Below the pieces are notes generated by a model. The model had not been told where the DNA came from, made no database searches, and saw nothing but the letters and a program-made list of their open reading frames with translations. A DNA stretch of 63,440 nucleotides, counting the filler. It is 10 parts of 10 records of this genome, joined end to end, with 100 filler letters (N's around TTAATTAATTAA, not from the genome) between each part and the next. Parts side by side here need not be neighbours in the genome. Positions count along the whole stretch, not along the records: positions 58,574 to 63,440 come from SRR20825010_5805; 9 more parts are not named here. One strand, written 5' to 3'. Shown here piece by piece: positions 62,734-63,440 of this stretch; position 1 is the first letter of the stretch, and each line of letters starts with the position of its first letter. Both the position numbers and the translations under genes were made by a program.

Positions 62734-63440
62734 TCGGCAGGCTCCGGTTGTTTGTCCTTTGCTGCGGCCGTGCTGCGCGCGTTGCGCATGGCGTCCAGCG
62801 AGGATTGGAAAGTGACGTAATGGGGCAGTTTGAAATGGATGCAAAAGCCCGAGCTTTCGACGCCTTCGGTGTGATAGAGAAAGAACTCTTCTTCCGTGGC
62901 CGCCCCTTTGGGCGCGCCCTTGGCGTTCAGGTCCAGCGTGGCGGCGGCGATCACCTTGACCTCGTTCCAGCCCAGCGTTGCCGAAAAGCCTAGCCCCAGT
63001 TCGCGGCCCTGCTTAGACACCACCTCTGCCTGCGAAACCTTGACCCGCCCGGCGCTGAACTGCGTGCCGCGCGGGTGTTTCACAACAATTTCGGCCTCGG
63101 CCAGTCGCAGTTCGTTGACGGTCGGGTGGGCCTGCCCATAGCCGCGCTGCGCCGCATAGCCCAGCGCCAGCACGCCGCCGGTTTCCGCCCGCGCCAGCGA
63201 TTGCAGGGTATGGGCACGCTTGGCGGGAAACAGCAGCGGTTCGCGTGTGACATCGGGAATGGCATTGCCAAGGGTCTGGTCCGCCTCGGGAGCGGTCAGC
63301 AGGCCGTTCGCCGCCTGCCACGCCGCGACCGATGGCTGCTGCGCCGGTGCGGGAGTGTCGGCCGGAGTTACGGCGGCGGGCACATGAGTTTCGCCCTCCA
63401 GCACCTCGGTGGCCAGAATACGGTGGGCATAGTCCAGCGT
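62730..63440 (-). CDS. phnI: C-P lyase complex subunit PhnI, 5' part outside the window
   Basis: DVTREPL.FP..R...LQ.LAR, LGY..QRGYG..HP, EEF.L.H...V..SGF..H.KLPHYV.FQS. Confidence 0.9.
   Translation of the reverse strand, partial: TLDYAHRILATEVLEGETHVPAAVTPADTPAPAQQPSVAAWQAANGLLTAPEADQTLGNAIPDVTREPLLFPAKRAHTLQSLARAETGGVLALGYAAQRGYGQAHPTVNELRLAEAEIVVKHPRGTQFSAGRVKVSQAEVVSKQGRELGLGFSATLGWNEVKVIAAATLDLNAKGAPKGAATEEEFFLYHTEGVESSGFCIHFKLPHYVTFQSSLDAMRNARSTAAAKDKQPEPAE

Noticed and set aside
55408-63440. Functional link between the TRAP/IOR genes and the phn cluster
   Set aside because: Separated by an artificial spacer at 58474-58573; adjacency carries no information.

Overview
This window is not one locus. 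It is ten unrelated assembly fragments joined by identical 100-nt artificial spacers (44 N + TTAATTAATTAA + 44 N), most of them broken inside a gene, which is typical of a concatenated metagenome. Taxonomic guesses come from gene content and protein style only. (1) 1-6702, betaproteobacterial: ptsI-metX-metW-DUF4212-icmF. (2) 6803-22037, gammaproteobacterial (Alcanivorax-like): maeB, mrcA, pilMNOPQ-aroK-aroB-SPOR protein, gltB. (3) 22138-30139: type I secreted Ig-repeat adhesin and TolC, divergent from a LysR and an aldo/keto reductase. (4) 30240-36819, alphaproteobacterial: rlmN, IalB-like protein, rpoE-chrR, SpoU methylase, Rhizobium-type asparaginase, RTX metalloprotease, aspS. (5) 36920-43773: citF, orphan membrane fusion protein, response regulator-FIST-hybrid kinase, amino acid decarboxylase. 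(6) 43874-47529: serC with serC leader RNA, PhzF family, MocR regulator, GNAT. (7) 47630-51373: AsmA, DUF1194, flavin reductase, GNAT with a candidate leader peptide. (8) 51474-55307: Liv-type ABC transporter. (9) 55408-58473: indolepyruvate oxidoreductase, SDR, TRAP transporter. (10) 58574-63440: divergent C-P lyase operon phnIJKLM-phnC. The strongest candidates for new biology are (a) an intact C-P lyase operon whose PhnJ has lost three of the four cysteines needed for the canonical [4Fe-4S]/thiyl radical chemistry while gaining other cysteines near the catalytic glycine and the PhnI zinc site, and (b) an unannotated 21-codon leader ORF with three consecutive CGA codons followed by alternative hairpins, one of which covers the start codon of a GNAT acetyltransferase. 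A ChrR anti-sigma factor lacking all four N-terminal zinc ligands and a NodD/NahR-type LysR with tandem operators in front of an adhesin locus are also notable. No CRISPR array, rRNA, complete tRNA, transposase or prophage gene was seen.
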